A stretch of DNA of 64,000 nucleotides from the human T2T-CHM13v2.0 reference genome, Homo sapiens, in NCBI RefSeq assembly GCF_009914755.1, contig NC_060934.1; one strand, 5' to 3'. Made by a program: the position numbers and the translations under genes. This document shows positions 1 through 14,312 of this stretch, in pieces. Position 1 is the stretch's first letter. Each line of letters starts with the position of its first letter. The notes beneath the pieces are model-generated. The model was given only the letters and a program-made list of their open reading frames with translations. It searched no databases and was not told where the DNA came from.

Positions 1-176
<176 letters not shown>

Positions 177-179
177 TCA

Positions 180-1007
<828 letters not shown>

Positions 1008-2155
1008 TTAGCGGGGGCAGTCAAAACCGTAAATCAGTGCCCCTGCTCCCAGGCCCGGCTATCAATCTCATGCCTTAAAGATCAGGATGGCCTCCCTCCC
1101 ATGTGGATCACACTCATTTTCCTAACTTAGTACTTCCTAAGGAAAGGTAAAGTTGGCCTCACTGTCCAGAGCACAGCAATGTATTCAGCAAATGTCTACG
1201 AAGAAGCTTCTATAGACCAGCAACTGCTAACTTGTGAAGAGGGGCCCCTTGCCATCAAGGCACTTACAATCAAGGAAGGGAAGCTGAAAGTAAGCTGCTG
1301 AACACATGGAGGGAGTGAGATGGGACAGCGATGGAAACAGATACAGGGGGCTTCAGGGGAGATGCCAGCCCGGGAGGAAAACCTTGCAGCAGGTAAGTTC
1401 CAATGTGACAGACTCTGGTATAGAGAATGCAGAGCTGGCCTCATTCTGTGAGATGCTGCCCAGGGCTTGGTGAAGGCCTCTCAGTGCTGGAGACACAGCT
1501 CCTCCAGGACGGCAGAGTGATCATGTCACACCATGGCCTGGATGGCCCTCCCTGCAGCCCCAGGCCAGGCTGGACGCTGTGCAGCTCCCATGGAGCTCCT
1601 TCCTCCTCCTGAACTCTGCTGCTCCCTCGGCCTGGACTTCTCTTTATGCCCACTCTTGGCTCTTGCCTGTCCTGAACATTTTAATCCAGCTGCCACCTCC
1701 CCTGCCACACTCCAGTGATCTTCCTGCCTGCTCTGCGGCGGCCGGCAGTGCCCTCCCAGCACCCTGACTCTGCTGCACGTGCCCGGCACTGGTCTGCCAC
1801 CTCATTGGGGGAAGCACTGCTGTGGGTGGCCAGAGCCCAGGGCCTGGCCGGGTGATGACTGTGGGAATGTGTCCAAAGACAGACTCAGAAAGCGAGTGAA
1901 CAAGAAAAGGAGAAGAGAAAGAGAAGATGCAGGGGAAAAAACAAGTCAATAGAAAACAGGAGAAAAAGAGAAAGGAAAAGAGAGAGTAGGGAAGGAAAAA
2001 AGGAATGCCGTGCTCCCGGCCCAACTCCTGAAGACCTGGTGTGCGGCCTGCAGCACATGAGGCCAGCTGCCCAGTGCCCACGCCACTTGGAGAATGTGCT
2101 CAGCCCCACCCAGCCGAAGCGGACACAGGGAAGGCTCACAGCAACGTCTGCTGAC

Positions 2156-2296
2156 CTGGAGCTGCTCTGCTTGGCTGGGGGGGTGCTAGGCCCCTCGTCC
2201 TGCTCCATCAGTGGGTCGATGACAGATGGATGCTCCGGGGTGGTGGTGCCACTGCCCTGGAGAGTGGAGTGGGTACCGGCAGGGTCCAGGTGTGAG
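2156..2296 (-). CDS. DLG5: DLG5 exon 23 (141 bp), SHLDPAGTHS...TPPAKQSSSR
   Basis: ctccag|CTCAC...TCCAG|gtcagc. Confidence 0.94.
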
Positions 2297-2985
2297 CTGG
2301 AGGCGGAGGACAGGAGGGATAAGGAGCAGTACGAAGCCACCCAGAGCCACCCCCACTCCTGTGGCAACTAGATCTGAGCTATAAATGGGGACCAGGTCAC
2401 ATAGCCCTGCATCCTGTGCCCTGAGCAGAGCAGACACATTAGAAGCCTGGACCCATGACATCCACCTGTCCTCTCCCCTCCACCTGTCCTCAGCTCAGGG
2501 GCCCTCTCCAAAGGCATCTGACCTCAGGAAGCTGTGAGCATCCTGTCTCTTTTCCTCTGCCTGTGCATCCCATCTCTCCTGCTGAGCTTGTGGCGCAGCA
2601 CTGCAGGGCATGCCTCCCCTTCTTTTCTGCCCTTCAACCCACAGCTCAGGGGCAGATACAGACAGGTGTACAGCATCTGCTCCTGGACAGGGAGCCAAAC
2701 ACTTTGAGTGAGAATCCACCCCCGGGGCCACAACTCCTGGCTACCATGGGCCCCTGCTGGTCAGGGGGACCACAGCCATCTGTTTCCACACCCCATTTCA
2801 GGAGGAGACAGCCTCTCTATATATGCCCCTTTTCCAAAATCCAGGGCTGGTCAACTCTCTCTTTAGCAGCAGTAGGATCCCCAGAACTTACGGCTGGCAC
2901 CCTGGGTCTCCCTAAAATGAGCAGAGTGCTGCTGCACCCACCTCTCCACCCCCAGCCCAGACGGCCCTGGGAGGCCCGCACTCAC

Positions 2986-3119
2986 CTGGACCGGGAGTGG
3001 CTGCTGAGCTGGTGCACGTGGGGGTTGTACTGGGCCAGGATGGTGATGGTATCACACTGCTGCCCGATGATGAGCCGCGCCTGCTGCTCCGTGGCGCTCC
3101 GCAGGTTTATGCCGTTGAA
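2986..3119 (-). CDS. DLG5: DLG5 exon 22 (134 bp), FNGINLRSATEQQARLII...SSHSRS, PDZ3 end
   Basis: ccccag|TTCAA...TCCAG|gtgagt. Confidence 0.96.
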
Positions 3120-3276
3120 CTGGGGAAACACCAGGATGGGCTCAGTGGGGGGGTCGGGGCTGTGGACAGGGAGGAGGCCCTGGGGACTTGGGAGCACTGC
3201 TGTTCCCTAGGAGGAGGAGAGGGGGAAGAAGTGCAGGTTTCCATGGGCGCCATGCAGGAGGGCAGCTCCCTCTCAC

Positions 3277-3439
3277 CTCCAGTAACTGATCCCCATACTC
3301 GAGGCCAGCCTGGTGAGCGATGCTCCCCACGGTCACCTTGGAGACGTAGATGCCGCCCTTCTCTCCACTCACGATGGAGATGCCCAGCGGCTCTGAGCCC
3401 TTCTGCACCTTCACGTGGCGTGGCTCCTCCACATAAGGC
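3277..3439 (-). CDS. DLG5: DLG5 exon 21 (163 bp), PYVEEPRHVKVQKGSEPLGISIV...GDQLLE, PDZ3
   Basis: ccttag|GCCTT...TGGAG|gtgaga; ORF 3142..3432. Confidence 0.96.
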
Positions 3440-5035
3440 CTAAGGAAAAGTCAAAAGTTTCGGGGACTCAGGGTCAAACAAAAGGGTTGGGGAGAGCCTG
3501 AGCTCTCTGATCAGGCATATGATCTGACAGTGCAGAAAGGGCCCCGAGCCTGGATGCTCCCATTGTGACACAGCTACATGGGGACATGGTGGGCCCACCC
3601 CTGTGTGACAAACGATCACATTCCCACAGCCTCACGCAACACGAGCACAGCACACGCAGACACGCAACCACCCAGGCCAAAGACACAGAGAACGGTCCGT
3701 GTGAACTATAAACACTGATACATGTGGATTTTCATTACAGGAGAGGAGCTGCCCCACAATATGCAATTACAAACTCTGGGGGGTCTTGAGATGCCCTCCG
3801 AGGAAAAGAGATGGCTCCTGGGATGACATTCCATCCTAAGGGGGCAACAGAAAATAATCCAGTTTTATGTTTACTGGCTACACAGAGTGATGCAAACTGG
3901 TCACGGAAATTAAGCTGCTGCAGACCCAAGCCTTTGTAAAGGGAGAAGGCTGGGAGCAAGGCTGCAGCCATGCACTTGCTGCCCTGGGGCTGTACAGTGC
4001 ACCCAAGGGCGCCGGGGCAGGGGCTCGGCAGGGAGCCTCTGGGCAGGCCAACTGCATGGTGGAAGACCTGGGCCTGGTGGCCACGGGCAGCCTCAGAAGA
4101 GATCTGTGGTGGCAGAGACATCTGGAAGGTGACAAAGGTTAGAAAGAAGATAAGGGACGCTCAGAGGAGAAAGACAATCAGAGACACCTGGAACATAACA
4201 GAAAAGACAGTCAAGTGATGCGGAGCCTCCCGTTGGGACTTCACGCCACTCAGGGCTTCATTCCTCCAAGGTATGGACACCTGAGATTTTCCTCGCAGGA
4301 TAAAACCATATAGCCAAAGGCTGAGGGGGCCAGTCCAGGTCCCCTCTACAGCACATGGTCAGGATAGATTCTAGCGGGGAGGCACCTAAACCACCCCACC
4401 CCGGCCACCTGGAGGCAGAGCAGCTTCCCACTTGGCAGTCTCAGCCTGTGGCCCTATGCCCCAGCCCTCTTGGGAAGGGGAAATTAAAATTCTTCTTGAG
4501 TTGTCCCTGCTCTCTCCCACCCTCCAAAGTGTTCCCACTTCCCAAACTTGCCCACTCTGGAAATCCTCCCTTGACCCTCCAGCTCAGACAGATCCACCCC
4601 AGACTACACCCACGGTCCCTTCCAATTCAACACGGATTACAGCCCCGTGCTGTTGAGAGCTGCAGAGCCCTCAGCACACAGCCACCCCTACATCACCCTC
4701 CTGCCCCAGCCTTAGATGATGAAACAGAGGCCCAGAGCAGAAAGAGGTCCACCTCCGTACAACACGTGTATCACAATAAAGGAGCAAGCAACTAAGTCAC
4801 AGCAATAGCCACCCAACAGAACAATGATCTGAACCAGGTTCCCAGGTTCCAGTGACATGCAAAGACGTAAGGGACACACCACGGGGTGGGGAGGCCCGAT
4901 CGGCATCATTTCACTTATATTTATCTGCATCTGCAAACAAAAGTATGTGTGGATTTATGCACAAGGAGGCTTCTTATGTAGGACATTACCAAGTGTTAAC
5001 AATGGTGTCTCCAGTTGAGGGGATCTGAGCTAATC

Positions 5036-5339
5036 TTTTTTTTCTTTCTTTTTTTTTGGAGGCAGATTCTTGCTCTGTCACCCAGGGTGGAGTGCAGTGG
5101 CATGATCTCAGCTTGCTGCAATTCCACCTCCTGGGTTCCAATGATTCTCCTGCCTCAGCCTCTCAAGTAGCTGGGATTACAGGTGTACACCATCACGCCC
5201 AGCTAATTTTTGTATTTTTAGTAGAGACAGGGTTTCACCATGTTGGCCAGGCTGGTCTCGAACCCCTGACCTCAGGTGATATGCCCGTCTCAGCCACCCA
5301 AAGTGCTGGGATTACAGGCATAGGCTACCGCGCCCAGCC
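5036..5339 (-). mobile_element. Alu
   Basis: poly(T) followed by reverse Alu consensus. Confidence 0.95.
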
Positions 5340-5520
5340 AGAGATAATCTTTACTTTATAGTCTTCTGAATGATTTGAATTATTTGTAATATGCATAGAA
5401 GTTTTCTCTAAACAACAGCTGCTTCTCAAAAGAGGTTTATAAAGTATACTTAAACTATTAAAAATAGCTAAAAACATAATATTAAGGGAGATTTGATTAT
5501 GTACATAAATAATAAAGCAT

Positions 5521-5524
<4 letters not shown>

Positions 5525-5562
<38 letters not shown>
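5525..5562. repeat. (TA)n microsatellite
   Basis: Uninterrupted TA run of about 19 units. Confidence 0.95.
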
Positions 5563-5565
<3 letters not shown>

Positions 5566-5605
5566 CAAAGGGTAATGGCAATTGAATCTCTTGTTGAAGA
5601 AATAA

Positions 5606-5919
<314 letters not shown>

Positions 5920-6435
5920 TTCTTTCTACTTTTCTATGTCTCTGATTTTCCATAACAAGTATAAAATACTGTACTTCAGAATCTGGGAAACGGGGCCATT
6001 TTTAAAAAGAAAGCTGTTGCTCAGTCAGGTCACACATGTCAAATTTCATCTCCAATCGGATCCTAACCACCGTGAGGGCAGGAGTCACTCACATTTTTCT
6101 CCCTCCTGGAGCAGGTCCTGGCTCTCCGTGCCCTGTGGGGAGCTAAGGGAATGCTTGGCAGTGGGTGGCAAGGCCTTTTCCACAACTGAAGAACCCACTT
6201 CACTTGGGGAAGGTCCCGTCCTCTCTGTGGCCAGGGCCGGGGCTGAGTAAAACAGGCCAGCATGCTCCTGCGCGTGCCACATGGTAAGAGCTCCGTCAGC
6301 ATTTCTTCCGAGTTACACCCGATTCCCCTACTGGGGCCAGGCCTCTGTGTTTTGCTGTCCTTCCGTTACCCCTCAGGTTCTCTGGTTGGTTGCCTTTTAA
6401 GTTCAGATTTTCAAGTCAAATATAAGATTTTCTCT

Positions 6436-6728
6436 GGCTGGGCACGGTGGCTCACGTCTGTAATCCCAACACTGTGGGAGGCCGAGGCGGGTGGATCACC
6501 TGAGGTCAGGAGTTCAAGACAAGCTTGACCAACATGGTGAAACCCTATCTCTACTAAAAATACAAAAATTAGCCAGGCGTGGTGGTGGGCGCCTGTAATC
6601 TCAGCTACTCAGGAGGCTGAGGCACAAGAATCGCCTTGAACTTGGGAGGCAGAGATTGCAGTGAGCCAAGATTGCACCACTGTACTCCAGCCTGGGCGAA
6701 AAGAGCAAAACTCTGTCTCAAAAAAAAA
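6436..6728 (+). mobile_element. Alu (S-like)
   Basis: Full dimer consensus. Confidence 0.95.
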
Positions 6729-7608
6729 TATGTTTTCTTAACATAGGGCCCACCCCTGCTGAGGCTCACAGCTACAGAGGCCTCAGCTTTCTGGACTCAA
6801 ATGAAAGAGAGTATCTGTGTTTCTTTTGGTGATTAAATAAAAGTAAGTTTATCAGAGCTCTTTAAGATCTACAATCTAGACAGAAGCTGTTAAATATAAA
6901 CACAATCTAGTAAGTTCCATCTAGGGGAACAACAGAGAGGGATGTGTGTGCACAGTGCGCGGGGGTGACGGATTCCATGGAGGAGGTGCCTCTGGACAGA
7001 CAGCAAGCCTACAGTCAACCTGAAACCTAAGATGGACCTACATTCTAAAATGAACCAGTACCAGTAAAAAGCTAGGCTGCACATTTATGCTTTCTTCCTG
7101 TGTATATTTTATTTCACAACAGAAAGCTTCGAATGAGAGGGAAAAAGCAAAGGGTAAGAATGAGTCCCGGTGCCAGCCGCTAACCACGTGGCCACAGGTC
7201 TGTCACTCCAACGTCTGGATCCAGTTTCCTCAACTGTGAAACAGGGATAACAATAATAACGACACTGGCAGGGTCCCTGTAAGGATCTCGTGACTTAGCC
7301 ACACGTAAAGTGCTTGAACAAGGGCCCAGGAAGGTGTAAATGGTGCCATGATGGCACGATCACCGTCAGGTCATTTCCAGCATCATCTACTGTGAGCCCT
7401 CTTGGCTCCCTGCCTTGCCATCCACACACGCCCCACCTCCCTGCATCCAGTGCCCCATGGCACTTACTGGTGACACCAGCAAATGCTGGGACACTCAAGC
7501 TACTCCTGCTGCTTCTACTAAGCCCCTTCCCTGCAGAGCCCAGGCCCGCTGCCGGGATGCACACTGTCCACTGGTTTACCCACTCCACCGATGACCGGCC
7601 ATGCTCAC

Positions 7609-7759
7609 CTGTCCTTTCTCCGCTCCCCGAGGGACGCGGGGTTGACAGCGATTCTGGGCAATGTGGAGGCTGAGGTCTGGGACTGGCTACAAGAGGACAG
7701 GGTGTCGATGTTCAGGGGTGACTGTGGAGGAGTGCTGCATTCAGAATGTGACACTGAAC
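7609..7759 (-). CDS. DLG5: DLG5 exon 20 (151 bp), GSVSHSECSTPPQSP...GERRKDR
   Basis: ctgcag|GTTCA...GACAG|gtgagc. Confidence 0.94.
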
Positions 7760-8064
7760 CTGCAGAGAGGAGCGGGTAATGCCGGTGTGAACTCCCATCT
7801 CACTTCCCCAACAGCCAAGACCAAGAGGCAGGTGCGATCCAGACACACAGCTCTATCCCCACTGCATCGCATAGTCTGGAGCTCAGATGCTAGGCTCTGC
7901 ATTGCCCCCTACCCCCCACACCACCAGGCCTACTGCTGGGCTCAGTGAATTTTTACTGACTGACTGAGATGACTATGAAGTTCTCAGCTAAGCCCAGAGA
8001 CTCCACCATGAGGAGTCAGACCGCAGGAAAAGCAGGAGAGATGGGAATGTCGAGAAGTCCTTAC

Positions 8065-8154
8065 CTCTCTCGGAGCCCACGACACTCCGCGGATATCTTG
8101 GTGTTGATGGGATTTTAATGCGTTCCGCCTTGAACTGCAAGTTACTCGAAGAAC
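8065..8154 (-). CDS. DLG5: DLG5 exon 19 (90 bp, phase 1-1), GSSSNLQFKAERIKIPSTPRYPRSVVGSER
   Basis: caatag|GTTCT...AGAG|gtaagg. Confidence 0.95.
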
Positions 8155-8834
8155 CTATTGTTCCATAAGGGAACAAAACTTCAGGCCTCATGGTTAAACA
8201 CCACCCTGTCCTTCCTCTCCACCAGGCTACCAGTCAGGATAATAAATGCAAAGCTGGGCCCTGCTGTTTATTCCCAAGGGAGCCTTGATATGGAACAGTC
8301 AAGAAAAGCAGACGTTTAACATTTATCTCAATGAACTGTGCAGGCCCAGACTGCTCCAGAACAGGAGCGCACAAGTCTCACTTCCAGCCACGGAACAGCA
8401 GCCTAAGAGACACGGCAGCTGCTCCATCTTTTCTCCCCAGCGCCAGAGTTCCCCAAGATCTCCATGGGCTACCTTTGTCCGACTCTCCTCTGGGGTTCAC
8501 TTTCCATACAAAAATGTATGAAGAGCCATACAAAACAGTCCAGAATGAGGCCAACAACCTCAGGGACACAGAGCAAGGCTCCTAGCTGAGGGGTCACCTG
8601 AATGACCATAAGGCCCCCACAGAAAGCGGAAGGCGAAAGCAATGGCTCTGACAGCAGCATGGGCATGGCTGGCCCATGAAGGAAGCAGCCCTTCCCAGTA
8701 GAGAAATCAGCTCAGTCCCAGGAGGTGACAGGAGCTCGTGTGGGGAGCCCACCCGCAGATCTGGACATTAGGATGCAGGCAGAGATGAAAAGCTTGGCAC
8801 CCTCTGCAGCACAAAGTCCAAGTGGTGCAGTTAC

Positions 8835-8947
8835 CCAGGCGGGCGCTGGAGGGCAGTGAGTTGGACCCATGGGTGGCTCTCATCTCGGAGTAGTCGCTGC
8901 AGGTCCTGTGGCTCAGGTCCAGGCTCAGGCGTCCCTGGTGCTGGACA
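8835..8947 (-). CDS. DLG5: DLG5 exon 18 (113 bp), SVQHQGRLSLDLSHRTCSDYSEMRATHGSNSLPSSARL
   Basis: tacgcag|TGTCC...CCTGG|gtaact. Confidence 0.95.
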
Positions 8948-9399
8948 CTGCGTAAAAACAAGAGGTGAGGAGTTCGGGAGGAGAACCAGGAACAGATGTG
9001 GCCACTGGGGAGAAACACACAGACCAGGCAAGGGTTCCCAAGCGGGCAGAAGGGAGGCCCAGGAGCCACTGATTATCAGCCGAGGATAGCAGGCTGCCCT
9101 CAGCCACTCCCGGAGGTGGCATCCACTAAGAGCCTTCAGGAAGTAGAAAGGGCCACACACATGGGGCGGTCAGTATCATACCCACTCCAGCCATAGGGTC
9201 AGGATTAGGCTCACTAGGAAGAAGTGATAAAAAACAGAGGTTTTGCAACCTGGGTGGGCCTGGGGAGGGGGAACCTGTCCTCCCAGGAAGTGGGTAAGGA
9301 GAGACAAGGCACAGAGGACTTTGGGGAGGGGACCTATGTGCCTCACTCGGGACAGCGTGCCTAAGAAAATGAAGGGCAGAGCAGGGATCGCCCACATCA

Positions 9400-10170
9400 G
9401 GCTGCCCTGAGACCAGGCCTCAACAGCATCTTTTTCCAGCTATGTAATGAGGTGACATCTCTTCCCTGCTTAAACTCTACAGTGGTCTCCACTGTCCTTA
9501 GAATAAAATCCAAACTCTTCATCACCGCTGCAGGTCCCACAGGCTTTGTGCCCTGTGACCTCAAACCTCTTCTTGACTCGCTGCCCCTTTGCCAAGCTCC
9601 CACGACTGTGCCTGGGTGCCCTGGCCTTGGCACCGATGGCCCTTCTCCCTGGAGGCTCCAGCCCAGGTCTTGTGCAGCTGGCCTCTTTCATCCTTCTGGT
9701 CACAGCAGCATCCCCTCTGCCACAGGGCCCTTCCTGACCACCCACTCTAACTTGCCACCCTCTTCCAAGTTACAGCCCAGCCTGTCACCCTGTTTGACTG
9801 CCTTCATAGCCTCTTGGCACCATCTGATATCACTTCGTTCATTTTTTTTTTTGTCTGCCTCCCACATTTGAAAAACCACACGACATGAGCTAGAAGCTAA
9901 TTTGTTTAGTTCAGCAATGTATCCTCTTATAATTAGGATAGACCAAGGCATGTAGTAGGTGCTCAAAAAATATCTGTCAAATGAATGAATAAGAGTGGCT
10001 TGGAGCCAGCCCACCCTCTTATGAAGTACCAGTTTCCTCATCTTCAAGACAGAAACAGTAATAGGACTTAGCCCATGAGGTTGCTGTTGATTCGGTGAAA
10101 TGATATTCATAAAGGTCTGAGCACAGTGGCTGGGACATAAGCACTCAAACATCAGCTGCTATCACTATCG
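9400..10170. mobile_element. L2 3' end followed by a MIR remnant
   Basis: gtaggtgctcaaaaaatatctgtcaaatgaatgaat (L2 tail); cagtttcctcatct...gcacagtggctgggacataagcactc (MIR core). Confidence 0.65.
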
Positions 10171-10377
10171 TGTCCTTCCAGTACCTTTTGAAACCTTGTG
10201 CTGATGAATTCAGAAAGCAGCCCTAAGGCTCCCTTTCCCTGTGCTGCTCTAGCCAGTCCCCTCCCAGGCAGGCAAGGAAGCTTCTCCACCAATGAGCCTC
10301 TTTATGCACTCATGGTTCCATGTCCAGGCAGGCTTGGGCAGCTGGGGTACAGAGAAGCGTAGGGTGCCTTCACATAC

Positions 10378-10522
10378 CTGGGATGCAAACCCTGGGGGCC
10401 AGCATCTCGGGCCGCAGGTGGAGAGCTGCAGGGGCCGACCCTGTGACTGCGCACAGTGTAGATGGGGTTCCGCAGGATGGAGCTCACAGTGGTGCTGGGG
10501 GTCAAACTCCGGGGAACAGTGC
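10378..10522 (-). CDS. DLG5: DLG5 exon 17 (145 bp), TVPRSLTPSTTVSSILRNPIY...QGLHP
   Basis: tttctag|GCACT...CCCAG|gtatgt. Confidence 0.95.
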
Positions 10523-10924
10523 CTAGAAATGGGCTTGGTGAGAAAAGACACCCCAAAGGACCCAGCCAGCCCAGGACTTACACAAGCCTTTCCCCTGTAT
10601 CCCAGGACGCAGCCGCAGTCTTTTGGGAAAAGGACTTGGGAGATGAGTTTTAACCACCAATTCACAATGTGGCTGTGGCTCCTGGCCTGTCTCCATTTGT
10701 AAAAAGGGGGGAAGTCTCTTTCATGCTTCCTATTTCCCAGGTTGCTATGGGGAGAAAGCATGTTGACAAGCTAAGACATGTCATGGCTATAAGACAAACC
10801 ATCCCAGACAGGACAGCATTTCCCAGTTCTCTGGACCTCAGGGCTGAAAACACATGGCAGCTCTCTGAAATGCTGCCTCCCCTCTCCCTGGAGACTAGGC
10901 ATCCCGAGTTTACACCGACCCTCA

Positions 10925-11551
<627 letters not shown>

Positions 11552-12139
11552 TCAAGGAAGCAGCTTTACTTCAGAAGAAAACCACAGAGAATGAATCTTT
11601 CACAGAGATCACGTAAAAGGTGAGAATGCACAAGTGCATCAGGCACGTACAACTCTGCCCGATGTGGAGGGCTGTGCGAAGCTCTTTGTCCCCAGTGAGC
11701 AGTGTGGACTGGTGCCTGAGATGCTTTCCACAGTCCCCAGCAATCTCACCCTTCTGGAAACTATGACAGCACACGCAATCAGGCCGTCCCGCTGCCCACT
11801 CAGCCTCACACGTGCCACCTCATCTCCCTAGCCCTTCAAGGCAAGTCTATGCCCTAGGTTTTATTGTGTAAGTTCAAAAGCTTCTTATTAAAAAAGCAAA
11901 CCAAATGCTATGCCCAATAAAGTGTTCCCCTCTTGTGTCACACTCCCACTACCATGCACTTCCACGCCACTTACCTACCTCCTAGCTGGGCCACTTCCCA
12001 CTTGAGTCCAACAGCAAAGGCAAAGGCACCAGGCTAAACAGGGGCCTGGGACACTGGTGCAGGGCCACTTAGCAGCCCTCCTTCGGCCAACTGCCCCTCT
12101 CTAGGCCTCCCCTCCCCACACCCTGGGGCTCAGCTATAC

Positions 12140-13159
12140 CTCCAGGAACTGAGCAGGAATCACTACTGGAGCAAGCTTCGGCCGAAAACTGGGAGCAGAT
12201 TTTGGCCGGCGACGCTTCTGCCCCAGCTCATCCACCTTCTGGGAGGTGAGGTCCTCATCACAGGATTTCTTGGCCGGCAGGTGGGAGGAGTCCCCATCTC
12301 CTTCAGGGTAGTAGCTGGAAGCAATGCGGACCCTGGCCTTGCGAGGGGGTGATGCGTGCATGGGCTCCCCGGGGTCCACGTCAGGGGGCAGGGCGCTCGG
12401 GGGACTAGTGGATGGGGAGCTGCCCACCAGAGTGGCTTCTGACTCGGAGCTAGTCTCCAGCCTGTGCTGGAACTTAATGGAGTCGCTCCTTCTGGGAGGT
12501 TTTGGGGGTGTCAGAGGCCCCGCCCTCTTGGAGGGCTGGGGAGAGTGAGCAGGCCCAGGACCTGGAAGCAGGTAGTCTATTTTGGGGGGTGTCTGGGGGC
12601 GTTTGAAAGTGTTAGGGTCAAAGATGGACTTTCTTTGCTTTGGCTTTTTATAAACAGAGAGCTTCTCAGGCACTGCCGTGGAGCTGAGCATGGCCTTGGG
12701 CCAGGTCCCGCCGCTGTTGGAGCCTTCAGAGTCTGCCTTGTCCAGGGAGGCCTCCCCAACCCCACAGGGGCCCACCTCGGTCTCAAAGGGCAGCAGTGGC
12801 CGCCGGCCACGCACGTCCACCAGCCCAAAGCCACGGTCCCCAGAGGCATCTGAGCGGAAGGAGCTCAGGCTACGCTCAGAGGCACTGGGACAGGCCTGGG
12901 GGCAGACCTGCAAGGGTCCCCCAGGGAATGGCTTATGCAGAAAGGAGCTGCTGCCTCCTGGGGGGCCTGGCTCCTTCCTGTCTTCCAGCCTGTCCGTGTA
13001 GAAGATGTCTGTCTGCGTGGAGTTATTGTGCTGTATCAAGTTCCGTTTGTTATGAGCCTGGACCTCCGGGCCATGGGCTCGAAAACTCAGCATCTTATCA
13101 GAGTCTTTGATATTTTCAAAAATGTTCTGGCCACTCCACGAGGAGCTCTGAGGGAATAC
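12140..13159 (-). CDS. DLG5: DLG5 exon 15 (1020 bp, phase 0-0), Pro/Ser-rich linker VFPQSSSW...PAQFLE
   Basis: cctag|GTATT...TGGAG|gtatag; ORF 12134..13093. Confidence 0.97.
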
Positions 13160-13421
13160 CTAGGCAGGGATTGCAGAGGAGTGAGAGAGAGAGTGAGATG
13201 GCAGGACTTGGAGCTGCCACTGAAAACCATCCCCAGAGGTAAAGCAATGGTCAGGAATGGGCCACCTGCCCCTTAAAAAAGAGACAGATAGACAGAGATG
13301 CACACACACATGAACACATATGCTTCTCCCTAATGGATAAGTTTTCTCATGGCTCTGGTCACTCTGAACTCAAAGAAGAGTCAAAGTTTTCTTAACTTTG
13401 AACACTTTCTGAAATTATCTG

Positions 13422-13708
13422 GGCCGGGCACAGTGGCTCATGCCTGTAATCCCAGCGCTTTGGTAGGCTGAGGCAGGCAGGTCACGAGGTCAGGAGTTCG
13501 AGACCAGCCTGACCGATATGGTGAAACCCCATCTATACAAAAATTACAAAAATAAGCCAGGCACGGTGGCATGCACCTGTAGTCCCAGCTACTTGGGAGG
13601 CTGAGGCAGGAGAATCGCTTGAACCCGGAGGTGGAGGTTGCAGTGAACTAAGATCACGCCACTGCACTCCAGTCTGGGCGACACAATGAGACTCTGTCTC
13701 AAAAAGAA
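13422..13708 (+). mobile_element. Alu with TSD gaaattatctg/gaaattacctg
   Basis: Dimer consensus plus flanking direct repeat. Confidence 0.95.
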
Positions 13709-13779
13709 GGAAATTACCTGCATAATGTCTTGAATATTTTTTTTAAATATTAAACATAAAAGTAAAAATTCATTGTTAA

Positions 13780-14312
13780 AAATATATCTCTTGTGGTACA
13801 CCCAGACAACGGAATATAAATTAGCACTAAAAAGAACTGAAACAACGTGCAGGAACCTTAAGTGTATATTAGCAAATGAAGAAGCCATTCTATACACTCT
13901 GTGATTCCAACTCTATGGCATTATGGAAAACACAAAAGCATGGAGGCAGTAAAAGGATCAGTTGTTGCCAGGGGCTTGCATAAATATGGGGAGCATAGGG
14001 AATTTTTAGAGCAGTGAAACTACTCTGTATGATATTACAATGGTAGTACATGTCATCACCTGCATCAAAACTCACAGAAAATACACCAAGACTGAACCTT
14101 AATGTAAACTACGCATTATAGTTAATACTAATGCATCCACATTGGCTCACTAATTATAACGCATGTACTAACTACACTAACGCAAAATGCCAAAATTGGG
14201 GAAACTTGGGGACAGGAGTGGGGATGGTGGTGATGGGGTGGTTGAGAGAGTGCTAAGAATTCTGTATCAGCCCAACTTTTCTGTAAACATAAAACTGCTT
14301 CCAAAAAAGTCA
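13780..14312 (+). mobile_element. Old L1 (L1M-type) 3' UTR fragment
   Basis: tgtgattccaactctatggcattatggaaaa...gcagtgaaactactctgtatgata...ctgtaaacataaaactgctt resembles L1MC/MD 3' ends. Confidence 0.7.

Noticed and set aside
2455-3210. 251-aa + strand ORF, and other + strand ORFs over exons (e.g. 32965-33474, 24777-25241)
   Set aside because: Antisense shadows of GC-rich DLG5 exons plus intron; no domain features
13150-13165. AG|GT at the start of exons 15, 2, 6, 7, 19 and 20 as possible recursive splice sites
   Set aside because: G/GT is the normal acceptor consensus and the regenerated donors (GTATTC, GTTCTA, GTGTTG and so on) are poor
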